Source: Eledone cirrhosa | Lineage: Eukaryota | Assembly (NCBI GenBank): GCA_964016885.1 | Contig: OZ024756.1 | Coordinates: forward strand, 29,574,001-29,638,000 | Reading direction: 5' to 3' | DNA: 64,000 bases | Shown: positions 28,346-41,074 of the stretch, piece by piece | Numbering within the stretch: the first letter of the stretch is position 1 | Layout of the letters: each line of letters opens with the position of its first letter | Made by a program: the position numbers and the translations under genes | Notes under the pieces: model-generated | Seen by the model: only the letters and a program-made list of their open reading frames with translations | Told to the model about the DNA's origin: nothing | The model's database searches: none

Positions 28346-28924
28346 TATATATATAACTCTTCACTCCTATGACTTTTTCAATTTTCAACGGAAACTTCAA
28401 TAACACACACACACATATATATATATGTGTGTGTGTATATATATATATATACACAGGTATATAGATAGCTATATATAAATATGTATATATTTATATATAT
28501 ATATGTATATATATACTAGTAGGATTAGAAAGAAACATATATGTAGTTAAATATCGATAGTGATAGATAGATACAGCTGGAAATAGTTACGTATAAAGAC
28601 ATAGGTATATTGGATATAAACATATAGATATGTATATAAATAATTATATAAATAGGTATAAAAATAGACATATAGATGGGTATATTGACTATAGACAGAC
28701 AGATCGATAGATAGGTATAAAAATAGACATCTAGATAGGTATATTGACTACAGACAGATAGTTAAGCCGGTATAGATTATAGACATAGTTAGATAATTAT
28801 TATTTTAGAGGTGAGGAATTAGTGAGTTCGGTATCGATTTCGGATTTTCGGTTCGTCTATCGCAAGAAATAATGAAAGGGGATTGACAGGTAAACATCAA
28901 AGTATGCTAGATAGATAGATAGAT

Positions 28925-29105
28925 GGGTGGGTGGCTAGCTAGGTAAATAAATGTACAGGTAGATAGATAGATCGGTAGGTGGCTAGCTAGGTAAATAAAT
29001 GTACAGGTAGATAGATAGATCGGTAGGTGGCTAGCTAGGTAAATAAATGTACAGGTAGATAGATAGATAGATGGGTGTTGGGATAGAAAGGTAAATAAAT
29101 ATACA
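28925..29105. repeat. 48-bp tandem repeat, about 3.5 copies
   Basis: Unit GTGGCTAGCTAGGTAAATAAATGTACAGGTAGATAGATAGATCGGTAG. Confidence 0.85.
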
Positions 29106-29663
29106 GGCACGATAGAAAAATTGATCTATGAAACAGGTGAAAAAAGATCAGGTGAATGGTAATAAAAATACTAAAGGTATCACGAAGTACAGGAAATAAT
29201 ATCGTTATCTAAAAAAGCTGCACATTCTACCTACAATTTACCTGTAAAACACCTGCACAGCCTACCTTTGAATATACCAGCACTGCCAACCTCTGATTTA
29301 TTTACCCGTAAAACACCTGCAAAGCCTACCTCTGTTTTTCTCTAAAATATCACTGTACGGTCTACCTGTGATTTCTCAGACACCACAACAGTCTATCTAT
29401 AATTTCTGTCAGGTACCACAACGGCCTACCTGTGATTTTACTAAACACTCAGGTAAGTTAACAGCTTTATATATTATTATTATTGTTGTTGTTATTATTT
29501 TGCTTAAACATTATTTTCATTGTGTTTGCATTATTAAGAAAGTTATGAGGTAACAAAGTCAGGTGGAAGCACGAAACTAGCAAATTAGTTTTGTCTTGTT
29601 ATGTGTGTGTGTAAGAGCATAGCTGCGGCTTATTCCCCCCCCCCCCCACACATATGTATATAA

Positions 29664-29880
29664 TTAGCAGTGGAGACTTCTGGTGTCATTGGCCCTAGGG
29701 CTACCTCCCTACTTACCACCATAGGCGCTGAGCTGGCTAGCCCAGCCCCAGGCGTGAGCCTCGCGAGATGGAATGGCTCTTCCAGCGCATCTCCCTTATC
29801 ATCCTCCGGGGAAACGCCTTCTCCATTCTGTCCTCCGGGGCTGTGGGACGGCCAGCACGTGGGATTCCATTAGCTCATAA
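29664..29880 (+). mobile_element. CRE-clade non-LTR retrotransposon C-terminal (restriction-like endonuclease region) fragment
   Basis: LAVETSGVIGPRATSLLTTIG.../EPREMEWLFQRISLIILRGNAFSIL matches the CRE-type AVETxG...QRxSxxxxRGNA motif. A diverged copy lies at about 57430-57635 (-). Confidence 0.7.
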
Positions 29881-29887
29881 TAGAGAG

Positions 29888-30760
29888 AGAGATGGAGGTG
29901 ATGACAGTGGGAGTTCGACTCTTCCACGTTCGGACCTGGTGCACATGAGAGATGGAGGCGATGACAGTGGGAGTTCGGCTCCTCTGTGTTCGGACCTGGT
30001 GCACATGAGAGATGGGTAGGTCGAGAGAGATGGAGGCGATGACAGTGGGAGTTCGGCTCTTCTGTGTTCGGACCTGGTGCACATGAGAGATGGGTAGGTC
30101 GAGAGAGATGGGGGCGATGACAGTGGGAGTTCGGCTCTTCCGTGTTCGGACCTGGTGCACATGAGAAATGGAGGCGATGACAGTGGGAGTTCGGCTCCTC
30201 TGTGTTCGGACCTGGTGCACATGAGAGATGGAGGCGATGACAGTGGGAGTTCGGCTCCTCTGTGTTCGGACCTGGTGTACATGAGAGAAGGAGGCGATGA
30301 CTGTGGGAGTTCGGCTCCTCTGTGTTCGGACCTGGTGTACATGAGAGAAGGAGGCGATGACTGTGGGAGTTCGGCTCCTCTGTGTTCGGACCTGGTGTAC
30401 ATGAGAGAAGGAGGCGATGACTGTGGGAGTTCGGCTCCTCTGTGTTCGGACCTGGTGTACATGAGAGAAGGAGGCGATGACTGTGGGAGTTCGGCTCCTC
30501 TGTGTTCGGACCTGGTGTACATGAGAGAAGGAGGCGATGACTGTGGGAGTTCGGCTCCTCTGTGTTCGGACCTGGTGTACATGAGAGAAGGAGGCGATGA
30601 CTGTGGGAGTTCGGCTCCTCTGTGTTCGGACCTGGTGTACATGAGAGAAGGAGGCGATGACTGTGGGAGTTCGGCTCCTCTGTGTTCGGACCTGGTGCAC
30701 ATGAGAGATGGAGGCGATGACAGTGGGAGTTCGGCTCCTCTGTGTTCGGACCTGGTGTGC
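29888..30760. repeat. 60-bp GC-rich minisatellite, about 14 units, in the CRE 3' UTR
   Basis: Unit GAGATGGAGGCGATGACAGTGGGAGTTCGGCTCCTCTGTGTTCGGACCTGGTGCACATGA. Two units carry an extra ~18 bp; the central block is homogenised. Confidence 0.95.
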
Positions 30761-31112
30761 AACGTCAGTTGTCCGTAAGGAGGTAGTGATTCATAATTAC
30801 TTATAACTAATTCTAATAAATTAGTAGAGTAACTCTTTCAACCTCCTCTCTGTTTATGTAAAAGATATATGGTTCTTTCCCTCTCTCTATATATAGATAT
30901 ATCTTTTACATTTGAATTATTATAGCTCTGGACAAAGTCTATTGAGCTTGTTTATTTGAGAAGCTCAAAAGTCAAACATTTGATGTTTTGATTCTTCACA
31001 TTTGTGTGTGTCTGTATATATATATATATATATATAAATGAAAAGTATAGAAATTGTTGTAGCGAGAAGCTAACAGTATTCCATAATATATATATATATG
31101 CTCTTACAGTAT

Positions 31113-31156
<44 letters not shown>

Positions 31157-31158
<2 letters not shown>

Positions 31159-31411
31159 GTGGAATCTCGGTTCACGAATGGTGTCTCGAGTAACGAACAC
31201 GCGAGCTGGCAACAGGATTGGGGGGGGGGGGCAGGTGCATCACTTACTGTGTAGTTAGTTACTATGGTAATATCTATATATATATCTCTCTCTCTCACAC
31301 ACACTGCATTTCTGTCAACATTTCATGAGAGAAATAGTTTCGGCTTACGAACATTTCGGGTGACAAATGGCCTACAGGAACGATTTAAGGTCGTGAACCG
31401 AGGTTCCATTT
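31157..31411. mobile_element. Pogo/Tigger-like MITE
   Basis: TIRs TAGTGGAATCTCGGTTCACGA / TCGTGAACCGAGGTTCCATT, flanked by TA. Confidence 0.65.
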
Positions 31412-31574
31412 ATATATCTATATCTATCTATCTATCTATATATATATATATATATATATATATAGGAAAATGTATAACCCTGACGGCAGAGCTCAAGCCG
31501 TTTCGACAACTATTTCTAGACTATATTGAGTACTCTGGTGCGTTATGGTCATCTGGTTCCTTACCACACTTCCT

Positions 31575-31669
<95 letters not shown>

Positions 31670-31792
31670 GTATATATATAGAGAGAGAGAGATAAATAGA
31701 TATTTATATGTGTGTGTTTATGAGGGGTGCAGAATAAATTTTGTAAACTTATGATGTAGGAGAACAAAGGAGAGACACAAAATAAGAAATCA

Positions 31793-31835
31793 GTCGCTGA
31801 GGAGGTCACAGAATGTGTGACGAAAGAGCTTTGAC
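31793..31835 (+). ncRNA. Minimal hammerhead ribozyme motif (extra purine before stem II)
   Basis: GTCG-CTGAGGA-G-GTCACA(GAATG)TGTGAC-GAAA-GAGC-TT-TGAC. Stem I 4 bp, stem II 6 bp perfect, CUU triplet. Confidence 0.65.
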
Positions 31836-31958
31836 AATATATAAACAGCCATCTGGTTATTGAACCAACCAACCAGAAATTTATAATAAATCGAAGTGAG
31901 AACCAACATGTGTGTGTGTTTTTAATGACAGCATGACCCTCCCAGAGTATAACAGTGT

Positions 31959-32029
<71 letters not shown>

Positions 32030-32165
32030 CAGAGAAATATAGTCAGTTAAGTAAACAGATTGATAGATGTTGATAGTTTTTAATGTCATCACCTCGTGAG
32101 AGAGAGATATAGTAGAACATTTCAAATTGCTTCATCTCCCCTATATAGATCTATATGATTAATGC

Positions 32166-32197
<32 letters not shown>

Positions 32198-32205
<8 letters not shown>

Positions 32206-32382
32206 AATGGCTTCTACAGGACTAGAACTGTTTCATTCCAACGAAATCATCAGGAAAGCCCTAATGATTTCGTTGGAATGAAACAGTTCTAGTCCTGTAG
32301 AAGCCATTTCTATATTAAATACTATACTCTGCTATGTATTGAGTACTTTTGTTACTGTGGTTACCCCCTATTGAACCTGGGA
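32198..32382 (+). mobile_element. (TA)n-embedded element with a 57-bp inverted duplication containing a hammerhead-like core
   Basis: Arms 32198-32254 / 32260-32316 read CT(G/A)ATGA-TTTCGTTGGAAT-GAAA-CAG-TT; TTGAGTACT at 32339. Confidence 0.7.
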
Positions 32383-32801
32383 TACACACACACACATGCA
32401 CACACACATATATATATCTGTATATATATATTTATTAAAATAACAGATTAAAGTTTAAGCAAAGAATCGCTGCTTTCACCCTTAACGGGATCTTCTGAAA
32501 CTAACAAAGTCAATCTGTAAACGCAGAACTGGATATTTCAAAAAACGTTGCAACCGGAGGAAGACAGGAAGACGATACTTTGGTTCATGGAAACGTTCCC
32601 TGGCAAAGAACGGGAAAAAATGAATATAATACGTCATTATTTGGAGCAGTGAAAAACAATTACACGCAAAGACAAAACCACGTTTAGGTATAACAGAAGT
32701 TGTAGACTAATATTCTCTTAGGTGGTTCATAGAGACGTTCTCTGGCAATGTTTCCTAGTTAGAATTTTAGTCTAATTCAGTTATACCATTTACGTGGTTT
32801 C

Positions 32802-32842
<41 letters not shown>

Positions 32843-32843
<1 letters not shown>

Positions 32844-33470
32844 TAAGGCGGGTAAAATTCCCGAGATCCATGGACGAGTTCTCTCCAGCGGTCTCTGTCC
32901 CTCATTATCGCTGCCATGTCCTGCGTCTCCAACAGACCAGTGTCTGTCCTTAGGGCATTTGAGATCAACTCTCACCACCTCAACCCATGTCTTCCTTGGT
33001 CTCCCTCTAATGCAGCTTCCTTCCACTGGGATTTCTTAGCATTTCTGTACCCAACAATCATCCTCCATTATCATCACATGCTCATACCAGCACAGTCCTC
33101 TTTCCTGCACACTATAACTGATTCCTTTTATATCAAGCCTCTCTCTTTCAGCTCATCCATGCTTTGTCTTTCACGCATATTCACATTGTACATCCATTAG
33201 CGCATGCTTGCTTTGTTTCGCTCCAGCTTTTGCATATCCTCTGCATGAACCACCTGTCTCTCACAACCTTGTAACTTCGCACTTTGTTCACAGGCATCAC
33301 ACAGCTGCCTTTTCTTTCGTAGGAAGAAACCTTTTGCTGTCAACAGAGATAGCAGCTCTCTGAATTTTTTCCATCTTGTTCTTATTCTAGTTATTATGCT
33401 CTCATTGCAGCTTCTTCCCCTACTAATTTTAGCACGTAGGTAACAGAAGCTATCAACCACTTCAACGGAA
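32843..33470 (-). mobile_element. Decayed RTE-clade LINE 3' fragment
   Basis: VDSFCYL...RIRTRWKKFRELL... and GRPRKTWVEVV motifs; the 3' ~115 bp match 27040-27152. Confidence 0.8.
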
Positions 33471-33493
33471 CCTTCCTGGGATACACACACACG

Positions 33494-33531
<38 letters not shown>

Positions 33532-33534
<3 letters not shown>

Positions 33535-33628
33535 GCTGTCCCCAAATAATGTAGACACACTTTGATGACCTGTACAGGCAATATTTATTAGAATGCTGGA
33601 GTGAGTATACATTTTTGGGGACACCCTG
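33532..33628. mobile_element. ~100-bp Tc1/mariner-type MITE (CAGGGTGTCCC TIR, TA flanks)
   Basis: CAGGCTGTCCCCAAA...TTTGGGGACACCCTG. Further copies at 1-55, 6345-6420, 18645-18753 and 26080-26180. Confidence 0.75.
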
Positions 33629-34673
33629 TATATATATATATATGTGTGGATATTTATAATATATCATCATTGGCCCTTGCCATTCTGAGTTCAAATCCCA
33701 TCGAGGTTAACTTTGCCTTTCATCCTTACGGGGTCGATAAAATAAAGTACCAGTAATACACTGGTTAATTGCTGGCCTTGTGCCAAAAGTAGAAACAATT
33801 ATTTTACATCAACATTTCCATGCTGTTATAGGTTCGACGGGACTTTTTGGGGCAATGTTTTTCACCTAAATGCCCTTCTTATATCATGGATACATATATA
33901 CATTATATATATATATCATCATCATCATCATACGTCCATTTTTCCATTCTAGCATGGGTTAGACAAGTTGTCCTATTGTGGGCAAAGCTAGGTCAAGTGA
34001 CCATGTCCTGCTCACACAGAACACTGATTTTGGCTTGGTTTCTACAGCTGGATGCCCTTCCTAACACCAATCTCATTTACAGTGAGTTATATATATATAT
34101 ATATATATATGTATACATATACATATATATCATCATCATCATTATCATCATCGTTTAATGTCTATTTTCCACGCTAGCATGGGTTAGACGGGAGTTGTCC
34201 CACTTGAGGCAAGAGTGGTCGGGGACCGTGTCTCGCTTGTATAGGACTGTATCTGGCAGGTTTTCTATGGCTGGATGCCCTTCGTAACACCACATTTATA
34301 GTGTCGACTGGGAGCTTTTTACCGTGTCTCCTACACGACCACTTTACAGCGTGGATTGAGTACTTTTTGTCATGACACCTATATATATATATCAAATTAA
34401 AAAACGGATTTAAAAACTCGCGTTAATCCTCTGTAATTTAATGAGCACAAGGAATAGATACCGAGCTATTTATAATACAGTATATAAAGAAGAAAGCACA
34501 AAGTTGTATGTGTTCAATTATAGGGGATAGAAAACCACCAGAGTGAAAAACATAAAGTCTACGAAAGGAATGGAAAAAACATTAATTAAAAGAGTAAATT
34601 AAAATGCACAAACCATCCTATATCTATTCCCTATAATTGAATACTTACCTATTTGTGTTTTCTTCTCTATATA

Positions 34674-34713
<40 letters not shown>

Positions 34714-34747
34714 GTGTGTGTCTGTGTATATATGTATATATTTATAT

Positions 34748-34783
<36 letters not shown>

Positions 34784-34869
34784 ATATATATATATCATCA
34801 TCATCGTTTAACGTCTATCTTCCATGCTAGCATGGGTATATATATATATACATACATATACACACACAC

Positions 34870-34918
<49 letters not shown>

Positions 34919-35896
34919 CACACACACATATATAGTGAGAGAGAGAGAGAAGAGATAAATAAACAGAGCACTATTTTGCTTCAAAAAACCAACCAAACTC
35001 AATCCCCTTCTTCCTCTTACCACTTCCCAGATGGCGCCAGTGTGCATCAGTGTGGAAAGAATCGCTCCACTGACTGTGCAGTAAATGACAGAGACAGTTT
35101 CTCTGAAAATGGTGACTTGAGCATTAGCTTGGAAACAGGGAGTGGGGGTGGGGAGATAGATAATGTGAGAGATTGAGAGAAATACAGAGGAATAGAGAGA
35201 GAGAAGAGATAGAGAGATGGATATATATATATATAAAGAGAGAGAAAAGATGTAAAGACGTGTGTGTGTATGTATGTACATATACATACTTATATATATT
35301 ATAAGAGAGAGAGAAAGTTGATGTACAGTTAGTAACATTTTGTTGTCAAGACAAATCTGTTTTTCAAAAACATTTTAAATATGTTGGTAAAATTATAATG
35401 GTTTCTGATCTAGTCACAAGGCAAACAATTTTTTTGAGGAGGGGAAAGTCGATACATTACTGGTACTTTATTTTATCTACCCTGAAAGGATAAAAAGCAA
35501 AGCTAACCTCGGCAGGATTTGAAATCAGAACGTAAAGGGCCGTAACTCTATGCTGAAAAGCATGGTGCCTGTTGCTTTGTTTCTAGATTTAACACCAGCA
35601 TGACAAAGAAGCCAGGTTGTCCCTGTAATAATTGTTTCTACTTTAGGCACAAGCCCAGCAATTACCTCAGTTGCATTACTGGTACTTTATTTTATCAACC
35701 CTGTAAGGATGAAAGGCAAAGTTAATCTCAGTAGGAAGCAAAGCTAACCTGTAATAATAGATCTGGTTGAGTGTGTTCAACCATACATGGGACATTTGGA
35801 AAAACAACACCATAGATTGTGTGTAGGGACACCTCACCTGGAAAGATCAGCCGAAAGAAGTTTTAGATGGATGACCAAAGCACAGAGGAATATATA

Positions 35897-36581
35897 CTTG
35901 GCATGGCAATAAAGTCCTTTTAAATGAAAATGCATAACATATTGAAACTAAAATTTATTTATTCTGCAAAACATAATCGTTCATTGAAGACAATAACACC
36001 TTTACAGTGCTTATGCAAAGCATTTAACTCTTTCTGGAACTGTTCTTTCGGCAATTGTCAAAATCAGTGCAACGATTTATCCACCACCTCTTCTAATGAA
36101 GCGAAAACAAATTTTCTTTGTTTATTCCAGTAACATGGGCAATGCAATACAGTGATTGTTTTGGTTCTGCATCAATGATACTTTGAATGAGTTGAATGTT
36201 GGCATGAATAATGGCTGTGCAAGGATGGCAAGAATGAGGATCTACTGCCATCTTTGAATTGTTTCACCCAATGATAAATGGTTGAATTTGCTGGAACGTT
36301 GTTAATTCCTCTCTCCTTCAATTGTGCAGTATTTGTTGCTGATTTGCCTCATTTCTATTCAATGAAAACATATGCTCTAACATTTTCTTGACTTAAATCC
36401 ATTCGATGCATGTATTATAAACTCACAAGAATGACAACAAAATAATTATGTATAGGCCTGTGACAAAATACAGCATTCATACAGAATATCTCAGATGTAC
36501 ATCAAATTCCAATATTAACTACATTTACTGCTATATATGGCACACAGCCTGCTATTCTAAAGACTTTCTTGCCACGCCAAG
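35897..36581 (-). mobile_element. Internally deleted mariner/Tc1 element retaining the N-terminal HTH region
   Basis: TIRs CTTGGCATGGCAATAAAGTC / GACTTTCTTGCCACGCCAAG with TA flanks; decayed MDLSQENVRAYVFIE...STIYHWVKQFKDG. Confidence 0.85.
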
Positions 36582-36987
36582 TATATATATATATATATAT
36601 CAAAGGGCAGAGGAACTCAGGAGAGTCAATGGCCATCCAATAAAGTATTTTATTTTTGTGGAGCGAGAGACTCCTAGTCTTCATTAAGACATCTCTCTGG
36701 GAGAAGGCCACATTCTGATATCAAACCCATGACTTCATTTGTATCCAATGTTGTAGACTAGTTCTTCTTTTTGGGTAAATGCATTCGATGTTCAGAGAGT
36801 GGGATTGACCTCATGCACAGCCTTTCCTCACTTATAAAAAGTTTTAAGCACAGGCATCACTTGATGTGTGACACTTTTTACGATGCATGGTATTGCTGGC
36901 CATAGGCAAGTCCCTAGCAGGAGTAAAAAACCACGCCCATGATGCTCATGCTTAAGTATCAAGTGATGGTATTACTTGAAATTTGCA

Positions 36988-37045
<58 letters not shown>

Positions 37046-37144
37046 ATGATATGAGCGCGACACTGTCACCCAACCAATCTTGCCTCAAGTGGAACAATTC
37101 CTGTCTAACCCATGCTAGTGTGGAAGATAGATGTTAAATGATGA

Positions 37145-37194
<50 letters not shown>

Positions 37195-37571
37195 GAACAT
37201 GTTTTTCTTCTATTCACCATAATTCTACATTCTCTATCCATGTTATGGCTGAGGTTGGGTTTTGCTGTTGTTTGATTTTGTTTGTCTCTTTCTAATACTG
37301 TTGGAGCCCCTTTGTCTTCACAGTTTGGTGCCAGCCTCTCTATATCTCTCTCTGTCTTATTCTTCCTCTTTCTGCCTTTCTATACCTCTCTCTCTCTGTC
37401 TTATCCTACCCTTCCCTACTTCTCATTGTCTTTCCCTGTCTCTCACTTCTTCTCACTATTTCTCACTAGCCCCTCTCTGCTCCTTTTTTTCTCAGCTTGC
37501 CTGGCATCACTCATCTGTAAAGTCATACTGTGAAAGTTGTTTTGTTAGCCAGAGGAAAATGAGGGGAACAG

Positions 37572-37605
<34 letters not shown>

Positions 37606-37754
37606 CTTCAGACTTGAGATGCTCTAAAATTTTAGATGTTTTCATCAACTACAACTAGAATATATATATATATATATATATATACCTGTCAGATGATATA
37701 TACTTTCCTTATGCATATTAACGGCTGAGCAGCCTAATTTGCATATCGAATGAG

Positions 37755-38042
37755 TCATCATCATCATCATCATCATCGTTTAACGTCCGTGTTCCATGCT
37801 TGCATGGGTTTGGACGGGAGTTTTCCCACTTGAGGCAAGAGTGGTTGTCTTGCTCGCATAGGACTGTCTGGCGGGTTTTCTACAGCTGGATGCCCTTCCT
37901 AACACCAACCACATTTACAGTGTGGGGCTGGGAGGTTTTTACCGCGTTGCCTACACGGCCACATTACAGCGTGGACTGTCTGGCGGGTTTTCTTCAGCTG
38001 GATGCCCTTCCTAACAACAACCACATTTACAGTGTGGGACTG
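37755..38042 (-). mobile_element. SINE 3'-half copies (family C) ending in (GAT)n with an RTE-like tail
   Basis: Plus strand (CAT)n-CGTTTAACGTCCG...GGATGCCCTTCCTAACACC. Copies at about 33915-34085, 34130-34380, 39105-39272, 39860-40112 and 42550-42800. Confidence 0.75.
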
Positions 38043-38222
38043 GATACATACTACTGTACGTCTGTATACATATATGTATGTACGTATATAATACTTACAT
38101 TTGAGTATCAGCCGTATTAAGAGTGAGAAATGAAATTTCATTTCATTCTTTCCTATATCGTCTTTAAAGCGATGAAATACCAATGAAGGTTGGCAGATCA
38201 CTGATGAAGGACTAAATTTATT

Positions 38223-38253
<31 letters not shown>

Positions 38254-38254
38254 C

Positions 38255-38480
38255 TTTAGGTTTGTTGGTTCACCACTGGATAGAATTGGTCATTCCGTAT
38301 GGTCAATCCTGGTGTAATATTGTGAAGAGTACTCAACGTACTGCAGTTCACCCATCTTTGTTTGTGTAGTTGGTGGTGCGAATACAGAGTTAATTATAAA
38401 TAAAATAACAGGAGGCTGGACTGGTGTAAATCCTTGAAAGGTTTATTATACTGGTATAATAAACCTTTCAAGGTTATTTT
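38255..38480 (-). mobile_element. Family H element starting at the predicted ribozyme cleavage site, with a short inverted duplication
   Basis: Homologous to 54680-54915; palindrome CCTTGAAAGGTTTATTATAC-TG-GTATAATAAACCTTTCAAGG; TTGAGTACT (minus) at 38328-38336. Confidence 0.75.
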
Positions 38481-38502
38481 ATTTATATATATATATATAT
38501 AT

Positions 38503-38857
38503 GGAGGCACATGGCTTAGTGGTTAGAGCATTGGCCTTGCAATCGAAAGGTTGTGAGTTCAATTCTCAAACCGGGTGATGTGTTGTTTCCTTGAGCAAGA
38601 CACTTTATTTCACAGTGCTCCAGTTTACTCAGCTGTAGAAATGAGATGATAGGGACTGGGGTCCCTATCATTCCACTGCAAAGTGGTCGTGGAGGTGCCA
38701 CGGCAAAAAAAGCACCCAGCACTCACTGTAAATGAGGTTGGTGTTAGGAAGGGCATCCAGCTGTAGAAATCAAGCCAGAATCAGTTCCCGTCCCACCCTT
38801 GCAAGCAGGGAAAAGCGGACGTAAAATGATGACGACGACGACGACGACGACGACGAT
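38503..38857 (+). mobile_element. Full-length tRNA-derived SINE family B (CORE-like centre, RTE-derived tail)
   Basis: A box TGGCTTAGTGG, B box GTTCAATTC, CCTTGAGCAAGACACTT; tail ACCCTTGCAAGCAGGGAAAAGCGGACGTAAAATGAT shared with the RTE end at 50338-50401. Confidence 0.85.
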
Positions 38858-40190
38858 ATATATACAAATGGTAGTACAGCATATTCGAAGCCCGAGCCGC
38901 AGCTAGGCCAACAAATGCAATCAGAAGTGCAGCCAAGCACTCGATAAGGTATAAAACCTTAGAGTAATAACATTACGTTTAAAGGGCTTTGCAATTTGAA
39001 GATAGCGACGGTAATTCAGCCACGGGGACCGTAGCAACGAAAGAACTGACTAGTGAGAAAAAATACACACACACACATATATAAATATATTTATATATAT
39101 ATATCATCATCATCATCATCATCAACGTTTAACGTCCGTGTTCCACGCTTGCATGGGTTTGGACGAGGGTAGTCCCACTTGAGGCAAGAGTGATTGTCTT
39201 GCTCGCATAGGACTGTCTGGCAGGTTTTCTACAGTTGGATGCCCCTCCTAACACCAACCACACCCACAGTGTATATATACATAGAGAGAGAGAGAAGGAA
39301 TAAGGGGCTGTGTGGTTACTTGATAAAGTGTATTTAGAAGTAAAAGGAAAGCACAAATAAGGGGCAGGTCCTCTCTTTAGTTGTCTGCTGACCCCCATCA
39401 GACAACTGAACATGGGATCTGTCCCTTTGTGCTTTCCTTTTATATATATATGTACGACCAGCACCACCAACTTACCCCCCCCCCCCCTTCTCACCCACAT
39501 ACACTACAGGCAAAAGCATCCCTATGAATTAATCCACCAATCAAAACAAACTTTACTGACCACTATAGGAACATCTGACTTTATCATACACCATGTATAT
39601 TCAGTTTTCCATTAACATTACAAGGGGTCTGACGAGCCGCGGATTACAGAGCGTACTCAATAGGTAATGTAAAGTACACTCCCAGAGTATACACATAGTT
39701 ATTTGCTTCAATACAACACACGGAAACGGGTACCTATAGTAGTTCCCGAACTCGAGTTTCTGCCACACTTAATGCAGCAGTAAGGTGCACTGCACCCTCT
39801 ATCCGCATTTATTATGAGTTCCTTCACCCATAAATCCTGAGTTCCTCCGCCCTTTGATATATCATCATCATCATCATCATCAACGTTTAACGTCCGTGTT
39901 CCACGCTTGCATGGGTTTGGACGGGGGTAGTCCCACTTGAGGCAAGAGTGATTGTCTTGCTCGCATAGGACTGTCTGGCAGGTTTTCTACAGTTGGATGC
40001 CCTTCCTAACACCAACCACATTTACAGTGTGGGTCTGGGAGGTTTTTACCGTGTTGCCTACACGGCCACATTACAGCGTGGACTGTGTGTTTTTTTTGTC
40101 GTGACACCTACACGATCTCATTTGTTTCGGCCTGGATGGCCGATATATATATATATAAGGATAAAGGATTTCCTTCTATGTATATATATA

Positions 40191-40734
40191 CTTGGCGTGG
40201 CAATAAACCCTTTAGAATAGTATGCTGTGTGCCATATATAGCAGTAAATGTAGTTAATATTAGTCGGAATTTGAACCTTGTTATACATCTGAGATATTCT
40301 GTATGAATGCTGTATTTTGTCACAGGCCAATGCATAATTATTTTGCTGTCATTCTTGTGAGTTTATAATACACGCATTGAACTGCTCAATCCGCAAAAGA
40401 TTTATTCCAGAGGAGAAGAGTGGCAATGATCAAACAATCACCCTATAGTCCCGACTTGAATGTGTGGGAGTGTTGGGTGTCCAAGTTATTAAAGCAACAT
40501 CTTTGAAAATTTGTTTTCGTTTCATTAGAAGAGGTGGTAGATGAATCATTGTGCTGATTTCGACAATTGCCTAAAGAACGGTCCCAGAAAGAGTTAAATG
40601 CTTTTCATAAGAACTGTAAAGATGTTATTGCATTCAGTGGAAATTATGTTTTGCAGAATAAATAAATTTTAGTTTTAATATGTTGTGAATTTTCATTTAA
40701 AGAGTTATTCTAAAGACTTTATTGCCATGTCAAG
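40191..40734 (+). mobile_element. Second deleted mariner/Tc1 copy retaining the catalytic C-terminal motif
   Basis: Same TIRs as 35897-36581 in opposite orientation; QSPYSPDLNVWE at about 40435-40470. Confidence 0.85.
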
Positions 40735-41074
40735 TATATTTATCTATAAACCTTCCATCATAATTTTATCTAAGAACCTTTGTTAAGTTATATTCCAGAC
40801 ACCAGCCTGATAATGAAAAAGTTAGTTTGAAAATCATATGCCTACTATTATATATGTTAATTTATTAATTAATTATCCATGTTTCTTTTACAGGTATTTT
40901 ACTGTTTCAAGAACCAAAGAAAGCTTTTTGTGGAATTGCTGGATATTTTTGATTGAACTCCAACAGTATTTCTGTGTCGGAAGGAGCTATAGTATCAACA
41001 CCTCATAGACAGGAACACCAAAGGGAAGACATTACATAGTGTCATTCTAGCCTGCAGACTACCTGGTTTTTTAC

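Noticed and set aside
29870-30778. 207-295 aa repetitive ORFs on both strands
   Set aside because: Consequence of a stop-free 60-bp unit (multiple of 3) in a retrotransposon UTR; open in several frames, with no splice or domain support.
34357-34365. TTGAGTACT occurrence
   Set aside because: Lies inside a family C SINE, where other copies read differently; treated as chance and excluded from the motif finding.
38503-38575. tRNA genes at SINE heads
   Set aside because: A/B boxes are present but no full cloverleaf is evident, and they continue into multi-copy SINE bodies.
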